From: an uncultured Gemmatimonadaceae bacterium
Lineage (GTDB): Bacteria; Gemmatimonadota; Gemmatimonadetes; Gemmatimonadales; Gemmatimonadaceae
Assembly (NCBI GenBank): GCA_963829055.1
Contig: CAWHHI010000010.1
Location: forward strand, 152,207-216,206
Direction of reading: 5' to 3'
Length of the DNA stretch: 64,000 nt
Both the position numbers and the translations under genes were made by a program. The notes beneath the pieces are model-generated. The model had not been told where the DNA came from and made no database searches. It saw only the letters and a program-made list of their open reading frames with translations. Of this stretch, positions 54,587 to 64,000 are shown in pieces. Within the stretch, counting starts at the first letter, position 1, and each line of letters begins with the position of its first letter.

Positions 54587-55366
54587 ATGAGCAGGACTGC
54601 GTCACATTCCGGATACTCCGCAGGCTCGACGTATTCGCTCCACACGCGTCGCCGATCACCCCTCATCGTAACCATGGCCACGCTCGGCCTGCTCGCGCTT
54701 GCCGCATGCGGGCACGACGCCCCGACGACCGCGATCGCCGAGGCGCGGATCATTGTCGTGTCTGGCAACGGGCAGTCAGGCATCGTCGATTCGACGCTGC
54801 CCGTCGCCTTCGTCGTCGAGCTCACCGACGGTACCGGCCACGGGATACCTAACGCGGCCCTCGACTGGCAGGTCACGTCGGGAGCCGGCGACCTGCTGCG
54901 CGTCACCGGTAGGGCGCCGTTCACGACCACGGACGCGTTCGGGCGCGCCGCCGTGCTCCTGCGTCCCACAAAGCTCGGGCCAGTCACCGTGACCGCGTCG
55001 GCGCCGGCGCTGCCGGGTGCAAAGGCGACGTTCTCCGCATTCGGGAGGAGAGTGCCTGACGTCGTGGTCGATATCGTCCCGGGCTTCGACTGCGGAGACC
55101 CGTCGAGCTTCGAAGGGCCGGATGGGTCGAGCACCGTCACCGTGCGAGTCGGAGAAGTGGTGGAGTGGGTCTACGCGAAGTTGGTCACGTCGGCCTGGGG
55201 CTGCACGGCGCGGTTGCGGTCGCCCGTTGTACCTCCCGGCGGGTCGACGGTGGACGCACCCCTGAGCGCGGGGGACCGGTTTCAGTTCATGCCTGACGTG
55301 GCGGGGACGTGGGTGTTCGTCGATGCGAACAATGGGGGGCGTGGAACGGTGACTGTGCGGGAGTAG
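54587..55366 (+). CDS. Lipoprotein with Big_1-like Ig domain and cupredoxin-like C-terminal fold
   Basis: Lipobox LAAC; VSGNGQSG..LPVAFVV; VTVRVGEVVEW...FQFMPDVAGTW. Confidence 0.65.
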   Translation: MSRTASHSGYSAGSTYSLHTRRRSPLIVTMATLGLLALAACGHDAPTTAIAEARIIVVSGNGQSGIVDSTLPVAFVVELTDGTGHGIPNAALDWQVTSGAGDLLRVTGRAPFTTTDAFGRAAVLLRPTKLGPVTVTASAPALPGAKATFSAFGRRVPDVVVDIVPGFDCGDPSSFEGPDGSSTVTVRVGEVVEWVYAKLVTSAWGCTARLRSPVVPPGGSTVDAPLSAGDRFQFMPDVAGTWVFVDANNGGRGTVTVRE

Positions 55367-55376
55367 CTTTGCCTGC

Positions 55377-57131
55377 ATGCGCGTCCTCTACGGCTACCTG
55401 AAGCCGCACCGCCTGCTCGTTCTCCTCGCGCTCGGCCTCGCGGTGACCAGCCAGGTCTTCTCGCTGCTCGACCCGCTGATCTTCCGCTACATCATCGACC
55501 AGTACGCGACGCGCTACGACCGCTACACCGCCGGCGAGTTCACCCGCGGCGTGCTCCTGATGCTCGGCGCTTCTGTCGGGGTAAATCTCCTCTCACGGGT
55601 CGCGCTCAACTTTCAGGACTACGTCGTCAACGTCGTGAGCCAGCGGCTCGGAGCGCAACTCTACACCGACGGGATTCGCCATTCGCTCGCGATGCCGTAC
55701 CAGGTCTTCGAGGACCAGCGGAGCGGCGAGACGTTAGGCAGGCTGCAGCGGACGCGCGTCGACGTCGAGCGGTTCATCGCGACGTTCGTGAGCGTGCTCC
55801 CGCCGGCGCTCGTGGGCGTCGCGTTCATCATGATCTACTCGGCCACCGTCCACTGGGCGATCGCGCCAGCGTTCCTGCTCGCGATTCTGCTGCTGGCCGG
55901 GTTGAGCTTCGCCCTGAGCCGCAAGATCAAGACGATGCAGAAGGTCATCGTCGCCGAGACGACCGCGCTCGCGGGCGCGACGACGGAGTCACTCCGAAAC
56001 ATCGAGCTCGTGAAGAGCTTAGGGCTGACGGATCAGGAAGTCAGGCGGCTCAACTCGACGACGACCAGGATTCTCGGGCTCGAGCTCAAGAAGGTGCGCT
56101 ACCTCCGGAGCCTGAGCTTCGTGCAGGGGACGGCCGTGAACATCATGCGGACGGCGATCCTCTTTCTCATGCTGTTCCTGATCGTGCGGCAGCAGATCTC
56201 GATCGGGGAGTTCTTCGCGATTCTCTTCTACTCGTTCTACGTCTTTGGCCCACTGCAGGAGGTGGGGAACGTCATCAGCACGTGGCGGATCACGGAGGCG
56301 TCACTCGCGAACTTCCAGGCGATCCTCGACACGCCGGTGGACGCGAAGCCGACGAACCCGCAGGCCGTGCACGACCTGCGTGACCTCGAGTTCCGCGACG
56401 TGAGCTTCATGCACCAGACCGCGTCCACGTCCGCGCTCGCGGAGGTGTCGTTCCGTGCGAGTCGCGGCGAGACGGTCGCGTTCGTCGGCCCATCCGGCGC
56501 GGGAAAGACGACGCTCGTGAAGCTGCTCGTCGGATTGTACGCGCCGAAGGCGGGCTGTGTGCTCTACAACGGCATCGCGAGCACGGCGGTCGATCTCGAC
56601 GGATTCCGCGAGCGCATCGGCCTCGTCACGCAGGATGCACAGCTCTTCTCCGGCTCCCTGCGCGAGAACCTGCTGTTCGTCAGGCCTAACGCCACGGATG
56701 GAGAGTGCCTCGACGTGCTCCGTCGCGCGGCGGCGCACTCACTGCTCGAGCGCGCCGACCGTGGGCTCGACACGGTGATCGGTGAGGGCGGGATGAAGAT
56801 CTCGGGCGGGGAGAAGCAGCGGCTGTCGATCGCGCGCGCCCTGCTCCGCCGGCCGCACCTGCTGGTGTTCGACGAGGCGACGTCGGCGCTGGACTCACTG
56901 ACGGAGGAAGAGATCGGGCGCACGATGCGCGAGGTATCGGCGTCGAGCGACGTGATCACGGTGATGATCGCGCACCGGCTATCGACGATCATGCACGCGG
57001 ATCGGATCTACGTGCTCGAGCGCGGCCGGATCGTGGACACGGGCCAGCATGATGATCTGGTGGCCGCGAAAGGACTGTATTACGCGATGTGGCGGCAGCA
57101 GGTAGGGGAGGCCGTAGGAAGGAGGCCGTAG
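55377..57131 (+). CDS. ABC exporter, fused permease/ATP-binding protein
   Basis: TM domain; GPSGAGKT, ISGGEKQR, LVFDEATSALD, IAHRLST. Confidence 0.95.
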   Translation: MRVLYGYLKPHRLLVLLALGLAVTSQVFSLLDPLIFRYIIDQYATRYDRYTAGEFTRGVLLMLGASVGVNLLSRVALNFQDYVVNVVSQRLGAQLYTDGIRHSLAMPYQVFEDQRSGETLGRLQRTRVDVERFIATFVSVLPPALVGVAFIMIYSATVHWAIAPAFLLAILLLAGLSFALSRKIKTMQKVIVAETTALAGATTESLRNIELVKSLGLTDQEVRRLNSTTTRILGLELKKVRYLRSLSFVQGTAVNIMRTAILFLMLFLIVRQQISIGEFFAILFYSFYVFGPLQEVGNVISTWRITEASLANFQAILDTPVDAKPTNPQAVHDLRDLEFRDVSFMHQTASTSALAEVSFRASRGETVAFVGPSGAGKTTLVKLLVGLYAPKAGCVLYNGIASTAVDLDGFRERIGLVTQDAQLFSGSLRENLLFVRPNATDGECLDVLRRAAAHSLLERADRGLDTVIGEGGMKISGGEKQRLSIARALLRRPHLLVFDEATSALDSLTEEEIGRTMREVSASSDVITVMIAHRLSTIMHADRIYVLERGRIVDTGQHDDLVAAKGLYYAMWRQQVGEAVGRRP

Positions 57132-57360
57132 GAAGGAGGAGGGCGGAAGGCGGAGGGCGGAGGGCGGACGGCGTCGTCATGCCGAGCGAGGCGTCATGTC
57201 ATCCCGAGCGCAGCGAGGGATCTTCTGTGCACGTTCTCGTAGCTGTGACCGCCACGATGACGGCTCGAGAAGATCCCTCGCTGCGCTCGGGATGACAACG
57301 CTGCCGCCGTCCGCCCTCCTCCTTCCTAAGGCCTCCTTCCTTCGGCCTCCTTCCTAAGGC
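57111..57360. repeat. Nested foldback element: perfect 30-bp REP-like inverted repeat inside inverted purine/pyrimidine tandem repeats
   Basis: TGTCATCCCGAGCGCAGCGAGGGATCTTCT at 57197-57226 with its exact reverse complement at 57268-57297; outer arms GCCGTAGGAAGGAG / CTCCTTCCTAAGGC. Confidence 0.9.
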
Positions 57361-57603
57361 TCTAAACGCCGTTCGAGGTACGCATCGATCGCACGCAGCG
57401 ACACGAAGTTCTCGATCGTCACATCCTCCGCTGGCACGTCGATGGCTGAGATCCTGCTCGATGAAGTGAATCAGCGACATCACGCTCAGCGAATCGAGCA
57501 GACCACTCGCCAGCAGATCCTCGTCTTCCCCGATGACGAGATCCCCCTGATTGAGCAAGTCGGTCGCGATGTAGCGCGCGAGTCGCTCTCTCCGCTCGCT
57601 CAC
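57354..57603 (-). CDS. Acyl/peptidyl carrier protein, frameshifted
   Basis: DLLASGLLDSLSVMSLIHFIEQ then VPAEDVTIENFVSLRAI in the shifted frame. Confidence 0.85.
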
Positions 57604-59192
57604 GTCGGCTCCATGGTCAGGCTGCGCTCCTGCGCCCGCCGAGCGAGCTCGCGGCGATCGATCTTCCCCGTAGACGTTCGCGGCACCGCATCCACGATGT
57701 CGAGCCGCACCGGGATCGCGTACCGGGGCAGCGTCGTCGCCACATGCGCGCGCAACGCCTCCTGCGTCACAGCGTGCCCGTCGCGCAGCGTCACCGTCGC
57801 CTCGATGTGCAATGATCCGTCCTCATCAGGCACACCGTAGGCTGCCGCGGACTCGACCGCGTTATGCGAGCCGAGCGCGACTTCGACCTCGTCGAGCTCG
57901 ACGCGGTAGCCGCGGGCCTTGATCTGACGATCCTTTCGTCCATGAAACTCGAGCAGGCCATCGGCGCGACGTCGGACCAGGTCGCCCGTGCGAAGATAGA
58001 CATCCTCGAAATGTCCGAAGACGGGGCGCTTGCAGAACGCTCGCGCGTCGAGGTCGGGGCGCGCCCAGTAGCCGCGCATCATCGTCGGCGTGCGCACGAG
58101 CAGCTCGCCCGGCTCGCCTTCGGCCACCCGCTCATCATCTTCACCGACGATGCGGACTTCGACGTTCGCGTACGGAACCCCAATCGGGATCGGGGCATCA
58201 TCGTCGGGCGACAGCGGTGGGACGATCCAGTACGTCACGCCGTTCACCTCCGTCGGACCGTAGACGTTCGAGAAGCGCGCGTTAGGTAACGCGGCCATGA
58301 GCGAGCGCAGATGTGGCGTCGGGAAGGGCTCGCCGCCGAACAGCACCCATCGCACCGACGAGAGGTCGCGCTTGTCGATCGCGCCATGCAGCAGCAGGTG
58401 CGTCAGCGCCAGCGGGACCGCATACAGCACCGTCAGGCGCTCGGCCTCGATGAGCGCGGCGTACGATGCCGGCATTCGCGTGTGCGCGTCAGGGATGATC
58501 ACCGTCGTCGCACCCGCGAGTGCCGACGAGAAGTAATCCATCGTCGACAGGTCGAAATGGAGCGGCGCGTGATTGCTCAACCGGTCGTCGCTCGTGAATC
58601 CGTACGTGTCGGCGGCGACGCGCGCGAACGCGAGCGCGCTCCGGTGCGAGTGCGCGACGCCCTTCGGCGTCCCCGTCGAGCCAGACGTGTAGAGCACGTA
58701 CGCGAGATCCATCTCCACGAGGTCGGGATCGTGCGTTGCCGCCGAGTGGGCGTCCACGTCGCTCCACGTGAACGCGCGAGCTCCCGGCGCGAACTCGGCG
58801 TCGACGCCCACCACGCACTCGACAGGCACTCCTTCCGCGAGCAGTTGACGCAGTGCAGCGCGACGCGACGGCTCCGTCACGACGTGTCGGATCCCGCAGT
58901 CGCGCAGGATGAACGCCTGCCTCGCTGGTGGCGACGATGGATCGAGCGGCACGTACGCGGCGCCAGCCTTCATGATGCCATAGAGCGCCACTCCCGCGGC
59001 GAGTCCCTTGCCGGCATGAATCGCGACGCGGTCGCCTCGACGCACGCCCTGCGCGCGAAGCAAACCCGCCAGCCGATCCGACCGCTCGGCTAGCGCCGCA
59101 TAGGTGAGCGACTCGCCTGCATAACGCATCGCCTCGTGGTCCGGCGCGCGATGCGCGGCACGATCGACGGCGTGTGGGAGCAGATACAGCAT
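57600..59192 (-). CDS. Stand-alone amino-acid adenylation domain protein
   Basis: LTYAAL, GAAYVPLD, LAYVLYTSGSTGTPKG, LHFDLS, NVYGPTE, YLRTGD, RGYRVELDEVE, STGKIDR. Confidence 0.93.
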   Translation of the reverse strand: MLYLLPHAVDRAAHRAPDHEAMRYAGESLTYAALAERSDRLAGLLRAQGVRRGDRVAIHAGKGLAAGVALYGIMKAGAAYVPLDPSSPPARQAFILRDCGIRHVVTEPSRRAALRQLLAEGVPVECVVGVDAEFAPGARAFTWSDVDAHSAATHDPDLVEMDLAYVLYTSGSTGTPKGVAHSHRSALAFARVAADTYGFTSDDRLSNHAPLHFDLSTMDYFSSALAGATTVIIPDAHTRMPASYAALIEAERLTVLYAVPLALTHLLLHGAIDKRDLSSVRWVLFGGEPFPTPHLRSLMAALPNARFSNVYGPTEVNGVTYWIVPPLSPDDDAPIPIGVPYANVEVRIVGEDDERVAEGEPGELLVRTPTMMRGYWARPDLDARAFCKRPVFGHFEDVYLRTGDLVRRRADGLLEFHGRKDRQIKARGYRVELDEVEVALGSHNAVESAAAYGVPDEDGSLHIEATVTLRDGHAVTQEALRAHVATTLPRYAIPVRLDIVDAVPRTSTGKIDRRELARRAQERSLTMEPT

Positions 59193-59197
59193 GCGCG

Positions 59198-60347
59198 TCA
59201 GAGACCCAGCAGTCGCGCGATGATGTTGCGCTGGATGTCCGACGTGCCAGCGTACAGCACGCCGCCCACGGCGTCGCGAAGGTCGCGCTCCACTCCGGTC
59301 TCACTCAAGTAACCAACGCCGCCGTGGATGCGGATGGCGTCCATCCCCGATTCCACGAACGCTTCGCTCAGATAGAGCTTGAGCATCGCCGCTTCCATCA
59401 TCGCTGGCTGCCCGCGCTCGACCAGCCACGCCACCTTGTACAGCAGCAGCCGCGCCGTCTCGAGACGAACTTTCATGTCGGCAACGCGGTTCGACACCGA
59501 CTGGAATTTGCCGATCGCCTGACCGAACTGCTTTCGCGAGCGCGCGTACTCGATCGAGCGTTGCAGTTGCCGCTCCATTGCCCCGAGCTGCGACGCGAGG
59601 ATGCAGCAGCGCTCCACTTCCAGCGAATGCGTCGCGATGCTCACGCCGGCGCCCTCGGGACCAAGCCGTGCGCTCTCGGGAACAACGCAGTCCTCGAAGT
59701 GAAGCTCACCGATCGGAACGGTGCGCAGTCCCATTCTTGTGCTGCATTGCGGACGCGCGGACGCCGGGCGTGGTTCGCTCGACCACGAACGCGGAGACGC
59801 CCCACTTGCCTGCCGCGGGATTCGTGCTCGCGAAGACCAAGGCGACGTCGGCGACGGGCGCGAGCGTCACGAGGCACTTCGTGCCATTGAGGACGTATGC
59901 ATCCCCTCGGCGCTCGGCGCGCATCGTTAGGCTGAACGCGTCGGAGCCCGCGTCCGGTTCCGTGAGCGCATGGGCGCCGAGGAGCGTCCCGTTACAGAGG
60001 CCCGGCAGGTAACGCTGCTTCTGTGCGTCGCTCCCGAACCGCACGATGGGACGTTGCACGGTCCAGAGCTGCGCGTTCAGCGCGAACGCGAGGCCATTGT
60101 CTGGGCAGCCTTCGCCGAGTCCCTCCATGACGAGCATCGCCGTGGGAAGGTCGATCTCGGCGCCACCGAATTCAGCAGGGACAGATAGGCCGAGGATGCC
60201 GAAGCGCGCGCAGCGCTCCCAGAGCTCTCGCGCGAAGCGGCCCTCGTGGTCGCGCTCGACCAGCGTCTCATCGCCAAGCTCGCGTTGCGCGAAGCCGCAC
60301 GCCGCGGCGCGACGCGCCAGCTGCTCGTCGGTCCACCCGAAGTCCAT
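59198..60347 (-). CDS. Acyl-CoA dehydrogenase family, prolyl-PCP dehydrogenase-like (frameshift near 59735)
   Basis: MEGLGEGCPDNGLAFAL, ALTEPDAGSD, MGLRT, RKQFGQAIGKFQ, IHGGVGY, YAGTSDIQR. Confidence 0.88.
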
Positions 60348-60354
60348 GCCTCTC

Positions 60355-61578
60355 CTACGTCGTCGAGGCGGTCTCGGATTTCATGCCCAGCATCGCCTTC
60401 GCGATCGGGATGAGCGGCACGTTGAACCCCACCGACCGCTCCATCACCCAGAGCAGGCCAATAGCGATCAGCCCGACGGAGCCCAGACGGAACGCGTAGT
60501 TGTACACGCGCAGCCGTCGCGCGAAAAAGAGCACCGGGAAGACCGCGGCGATGATCGCGACCTGTCCGATCTCCACACCGACGTTGAAGCCGAGCAGCGA
60601 CAGGACGAGGTGGTCGGTGCCGAGGCCGAGCGATCCGAGCACAGAGGCGAAGCCGAAGCCGTGGAACAGCCCGAACACGAACGCGATCGCGGCCTCGTTG
60701 ATACGCGCCAGCGGGAAGAGGTTGTGCAGCGCTGCAATGGCGATCGACAGCGCAATCACCGACTCCACGAGCCGGGAGGGGACGTCCACCACACCTAACG
60801 CCGCGAGGGAGAGCGTGATCGTGTGGGCGATCGTGAAGCACGAGACGATCGTCAGGATCTTGACGAGCGCCTTGCTGAAGCTCTGCGCGGGAAGCCACCG
60901 TCCGCCTTCGCGTCGCAGCACCGACGGCAACACGAGCGCCATGAGGAAGAGGATGTGGTCGATCCCGATCCAGATGTGCCACACGCCGAGGCGAACGAGC
61001 GCCAGGAACCCGCGCCAGACCGATGACTTGCTGAGGTCGAGCACCTGCGTCGGTTCCTCGGGCGAGAACACCATCGAGACGTTCATGTCGTTCCCGAGTA
61101 TCCCGGCGCGCCAGTTGTGCTGAATCACGAGCATGTTGCGGCGCGTGGACTCGTTGAACTCGAAGAACGGCTTCATTGTGATGGGCACGCGCGCGCCTAA
61201 CGGTTTGGCGATGGCGTACTGCAGCAGCAGGAAGTTGCCCGACTCGGTCGGGCGGAAGTCGAAGCCGCGGTAGACAGGCGTCGCGAGGTCGGCGCCGGCA
61301 CCGAGCGCGAAGCGCGGCTCGACGTAGCCGCGGATGGCGGGGAGACTCGCCTCGACCTGCTCGCGCGTCGGCATGGCCTTCGGGTCCCACGACAGCGAAA
61401 GAGCGCGCGCGACGTCGGTGGTGGCGAGCTCGAGACGCACGACCGTCGAGTCGCTGTACACCATCAGGAACATGTATCCCTGCAAAGGCGCGTGCGCAGC
61501 CGCGACTGCATTCGTCGGCGCGGCGGCTGCGCCGAATGCGATCAGCGACATGAAAAGCGCAAGGCGAATCTTGTTCAT
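60355..61578 (-). CDS. HupE/UreJ family protein with periplasmic N-terminal domain
   Basis: LGVWHIWIGIDHILFL, FTIAHTITL, VESVIALSI, FGLFHGFGFA, GFNVGVEIGQ. Confidence 0.92.
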   Translation of the reverse strand: MNKIRLALFMSLIAFGAAAAPTNAVAAAHAPLQGYMFLMVYSDSTVVRLELATTDVARALSLSWDPKAMPTREQVEASLPAIRGYVEPRFALGAGADLATPVYRGFDFRPTESGNFLLLQYAIAKPLGARVPITMKPFFEFNESTRRNMLVIQHNWRAGILGNDMNVSMVFSPEEPTQVLDLSKSSVWRGFLALVRLGVWHIWIGIDHILFLMALVLPSVLRREGGRWLPAQSFSKALVKILTIVSCFTIAHTITLSLAALGVVDVPSRLVESVIALSIAIAALHNLFPLARINEAAIAFVFGLFHGFGFASVLGSLGLGTDHLVLSLLGFNVGVEIGQVAIIAAVFPVLFFARRLRVYNYAFRLGSVGLIAIGLLWVMERSVGFNVPLIPIAKAMLGMKSETASTT

Positions 61579-61588
61579 CGTCTCCCGG

Positions 61589-62290
61589 TCATCGGATTCT
61601 ATCTGCCATGGTGCATCGCACGAGCTCCCACCCTGCCCCTTCGGCCGCGACGCACGCCGCGTAGCCAGGAAGGTCGTTCACCTCGGTCAGCGTCCATCGG
61701 TCCTGCAACTCGGCGGACGCCTCACGCGCGTGGCGAAAGACACCGCCGATCCCTTCACCCGTGGCCTTCGCCAGGGCTTCCTTGCGCGTCCACAGCGCAA
61801 AGAATGCGCGCTCTCGGTGCGCCTGCGCGAGACCTGTGATGGCCGCAAGCTCGCTGGGCGTACAGATACGCGCCGCAACGCTTTCGAGATCCGGCATGGG
61901 CCGCAGCTGTTCCACGTCGACCCCAACCTGTCGACCGCGCGCCACAGCGATGAGTGCGAGATCACCGCTATGCGACAGGTTGAACTCAATGTCCGCATCC
62001 TCCACGAACGGCTTCCCGTTCTCCTGGGCGCCAAAGCGCAGGGCGCGCGGGTCGCACGTTAGGTAGTCGGCAAGCACCAGTCGGAGCGCTCCATGCGCGA
62101 ACAAGTAGCGCTCGCCGTCGTCTCGCCGGTAGAAGCGGGACGCGCGTTCGCGCTCGGCATCAGTCGTGCCGGCAAGCCAGCGCGCCGCGTCACCGGACGG
62201 CGGAACCAGATTTGCGACCCAGACGTGCACCTTGTCCGGTTCCGGCGAGCGCAGGTCGTAATAGCGGTGGGACAGCGGTGGTTGTGACAC
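61589..62290 (-). CDS. Sfp-type 4'-phosphopantetheinyl transferase
   Basis: NGKP, FNLSHSG, VGVDVE, WTRKEALAKATGEG. Confidence 0.93.
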   Translation of the reverse strand: MSQPPLSHRYYDLRSPEPDKVHVWVANLVPPSGDAARWLAGTTDAERERASRFYRRDDGERYLFAHGALRLVLADYLTCDPRALRFGAQENGKPFVEDADIEFNLSHSGDLALIAVARGRQVGVDVEQLRPMPDLESVAARICTPSELAAITGLAQAHRERAFFALWTRKEALAKATGEGIGGVFRHAREASAELQDRWTLTEVNDLPGYAACVAAEGAGWELVRCTMADRIR

Positions 62291-62386
62291 CTAACGGCCT
62301 TCCGGGTCCCGGTGACGGTTCCTATCATTTGGCGGGGTGCCCGTCCCCCCACTCCCATCCCGTTCTCGAGTCGAGACCAGCCGCCG

Positions 62387-64000
62387 ATGCAGAATCTCCA
62401 TCGTGACGATGACGACACGAGGAGTACGACGGACGTATCCGTGGGAAACGGCGATTGGAGCCACGACCGGACAGGAAGTGAGCTGACCGCGAGCGAACAG
62501 CTCATCTGGACCGGGCAACGACTGGATCCGGCGGCACCGCTGTACAATATGGCGCTGTCCATCGAGATCGCCACGGCGATCGACGTGCCGGCGTTTCTGC
62601 GGGCCTTCCAGCACCTGGTCGACGCGACCGACGCGCTCCGTACAACGTTTGTCGACATTGGCGGACGTCCGCGTCGAGTGGTTAGGCAGCATGTGCCTGC
62701 GCGAGTGGAAGTGCTGTGCCTCCCCGAGGACGACGTCGACGACGCGGCGGTGCTGGCCAGCCTCGAGGCGCGCACGCGCCGGGTGTTCGCGCTGGACGGC
62801 GTGCTGTTCGACTGCTGCCTGATCGAGCGGCGCCGCGATCGCTTCGTCTGGTATCTCAACCAGCACCATCTCATTACCGACGCGTGGTCGGTCGGTGTGC
62901 TGAACCGCCGGATGTCGGCGTTGTACGAGGCCGCGGTCGGGCAGCTGCGCCACGGGCGGCTCGGCACCCTGGACCACGACGACGAAAACGGTGACGCGCA
63001 GGGTCCGAGCGTCCCCCAGTTCGATGCGTACGCGGAGCATCAACGTTCGCTTCATGGCTCCGCCCGACTCTCGCGCGCGCTCGCGTACTGGGATGGCGCT
63101 CAGGGCTCGCGGAGTGTTCCCCTCTATGGGGACGCACGCGGCGGCAACGGGCGCACGCGGCGTATCCGCGTGCGGCTGAGCCGCGAACGTACGGCGGCGC
63201 TGAAGGTGGCCGCGGGCGCCGCGCCGTTCCGAGCGCTGACGCCCGAGCAGTCGAAATTCCAGCTCTTCGCGACGCTCCTTCTGGCGTGGCAGCACCGCAT
63301 TTCGGACGCGGAGTCCGTCGCGATCGGCACGCCGTGGCACAACCGATCGACGCCGTCGTTCCGCGATACGGCGGGCCTCTTCGTCGAGCTGTTTCCGCTT
63401 CGCGTCACGATCGACGATGGCGAGACGTTCGCGTCCCTCGGCGCGAAGGTCGCCGCGCGGACGTCCGAGGTAATGCGGCACGTCGTACCCGGCGCGAGCG
63501 CGTCTCCGGGCGCGCGCACGTTTGGCGTCGTCCTGAACTACATCACGGCTCGGCTCGGTGACTTCGCCGGCGTTCCCGTCCGCGCCGACTGGATTCACTC
63601 GGGGCACGGCGATCACGACCACCGCGTGCGGCTCCAGGTCCACGACTTCGACCTTGTCGGCGATCCGGTGCTCGACTTCGATCTCGACGAGGCAGCGTTC
63701 GGGGAAGTAGAGCGCGCGTGGGCGGTGCGACACTTCCTCGCCCTGTTCGACGCGCTCGTCGCGGACCCGCTGGCGCCGCTGGCGTCTGTGCGCCTAACAA
63801 GCTGGGAGGAGGAGGCGACGTTCGCCCCGCGTGGCGAGGTGGTTCAGAGTCCGGAGTCGGTGCTGACGCTGGTTCGCCAGTCGATGCAATCGGCGCCTGA
63901 CGCGGTCGCCATTCGTGCGGGTGACCGGAGCATGACGTTCGCGGAGCTCGACGCGGCGTCGCACGAGCTTGCTGATCGACTCCGAGCGTTGGGGGTTGGA
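62387..64000 (+). CDS. Non-ribosomal peptide synthetase (C domain + start of A domain); runs off window
   Basis: Manual translation (absent from ORF track because no stop): LTASEQLIWTGQRLDPAAPLYNMA, QHHLITDAWS, then APDAVAI..MTFAELD..LRALGVG in the same frame at the window end. Confidence 0.9.
   Translation, partial: MQNLHRDDDDTRSTTDVSVGNGDWSHDRTGSELTASEQLIWTGQRLDPAAPLYNMALSIEIATAIDVPAFLRAFQHLVDATDALRTTFVDIGGRPRRVVRQHVPARVEVLCLPEDDVDDAAVLASLEARTRRVFALDGVLFDCCLIERRRDRFVWYLNQHHLITDAWSVGVLNRRMSALYEAAVGQLRHGRLGTLDHDDENGDAQGPSVPQFDAYAEHQRSLHGSARLSRALAYWDGAQGSRSVPLYGDARGGNGRTRRIRVRLSRERTAALKVAAGAAPFRALTPEQSKFQLFATLLLAWQHRISDAESVAIGTPWHNRSTPSFRDTAGLFVELFPLRVTIDDGETFASLGAKVAARTSEVMRHVVPGASASPGARTFGVVLNYITARLGDFAGVPVRADWIHSGHGDHDHRVRLQVHDFDLVGDPVLDFDLDEAAFGEVERAWAVRHFLALFDALVADPLAPLASVRLTSWEEEATFAPRGEVVQSPESVLTLVRQSMQSAPDAVAIRAGDRSMTFAELDAASHELADRLRALGVG

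Noticed and set aside
1914..60347. Widespread frameshifts as mass pseudogenisation or programmed frameshifting
   Set aside because: They hit many unrelated, otherwise well-conserved genes as 1-2 nt indels with few in-frame stops; typical of unpolished long-read consensus
62291..63733. Long minus-strand ORF (480 aa) and similar antisense ORFs elsewhere (7791-9752, 27906-29645, 29943-31454)
   Set aside because: Shadow frames of real genes on the opposite strand; expected at high GC
1..64000. tRNA or rRNA genes
   Set aside because: No cloverleaf or rRNA-like conserved segments recognised by eye

Overview
High-GC (~68% by eye) bacterial chromosomal window, most consistent with Gemmatimonadota (PadR + ADOP duplicated permeases, many Tat/lipoprotein hydrolases; taxon is an inference). 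About half of the long genes carry frameshifts, most likely uncorrected long-read indels. Core content: acyl-CoA synthetase, deoC-ALDH16 pair, OPT transporter, alpha-2-macroglobulin + pbpC, ABC transporters, and the start of an NRPS cluster (PPTase, HupE/UreJ, acyl-CoA dehydrogenase, stand-alone A domain, carrier protein). The middle (~22-39 kb) is a mosaic. It holds two minus-strand clusters of integron attC sites with no integrase in the window; cassettes include a DUF433/PIN-like toxin-antitoxin pair, an HNH-like protein and a hydrolase. It also holds a LytS-type kinase paired with a chimeric LytTR-REC/OmpR-wHTH regulator, bracketed by 44-bp inverted repeats. The most striking signal is window-wide: the 7-mer CCTAACG/CGTTAGG, which matches the integron core site, occurs about 60 times (~1/kb), mostly inside ordinary genes and often through rare codons. 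Also present: two large composite foldback repeats, a REP-like repeat in the pbpC 5' coding region, and a candidate structured RNA leader on an ankyrin gene.
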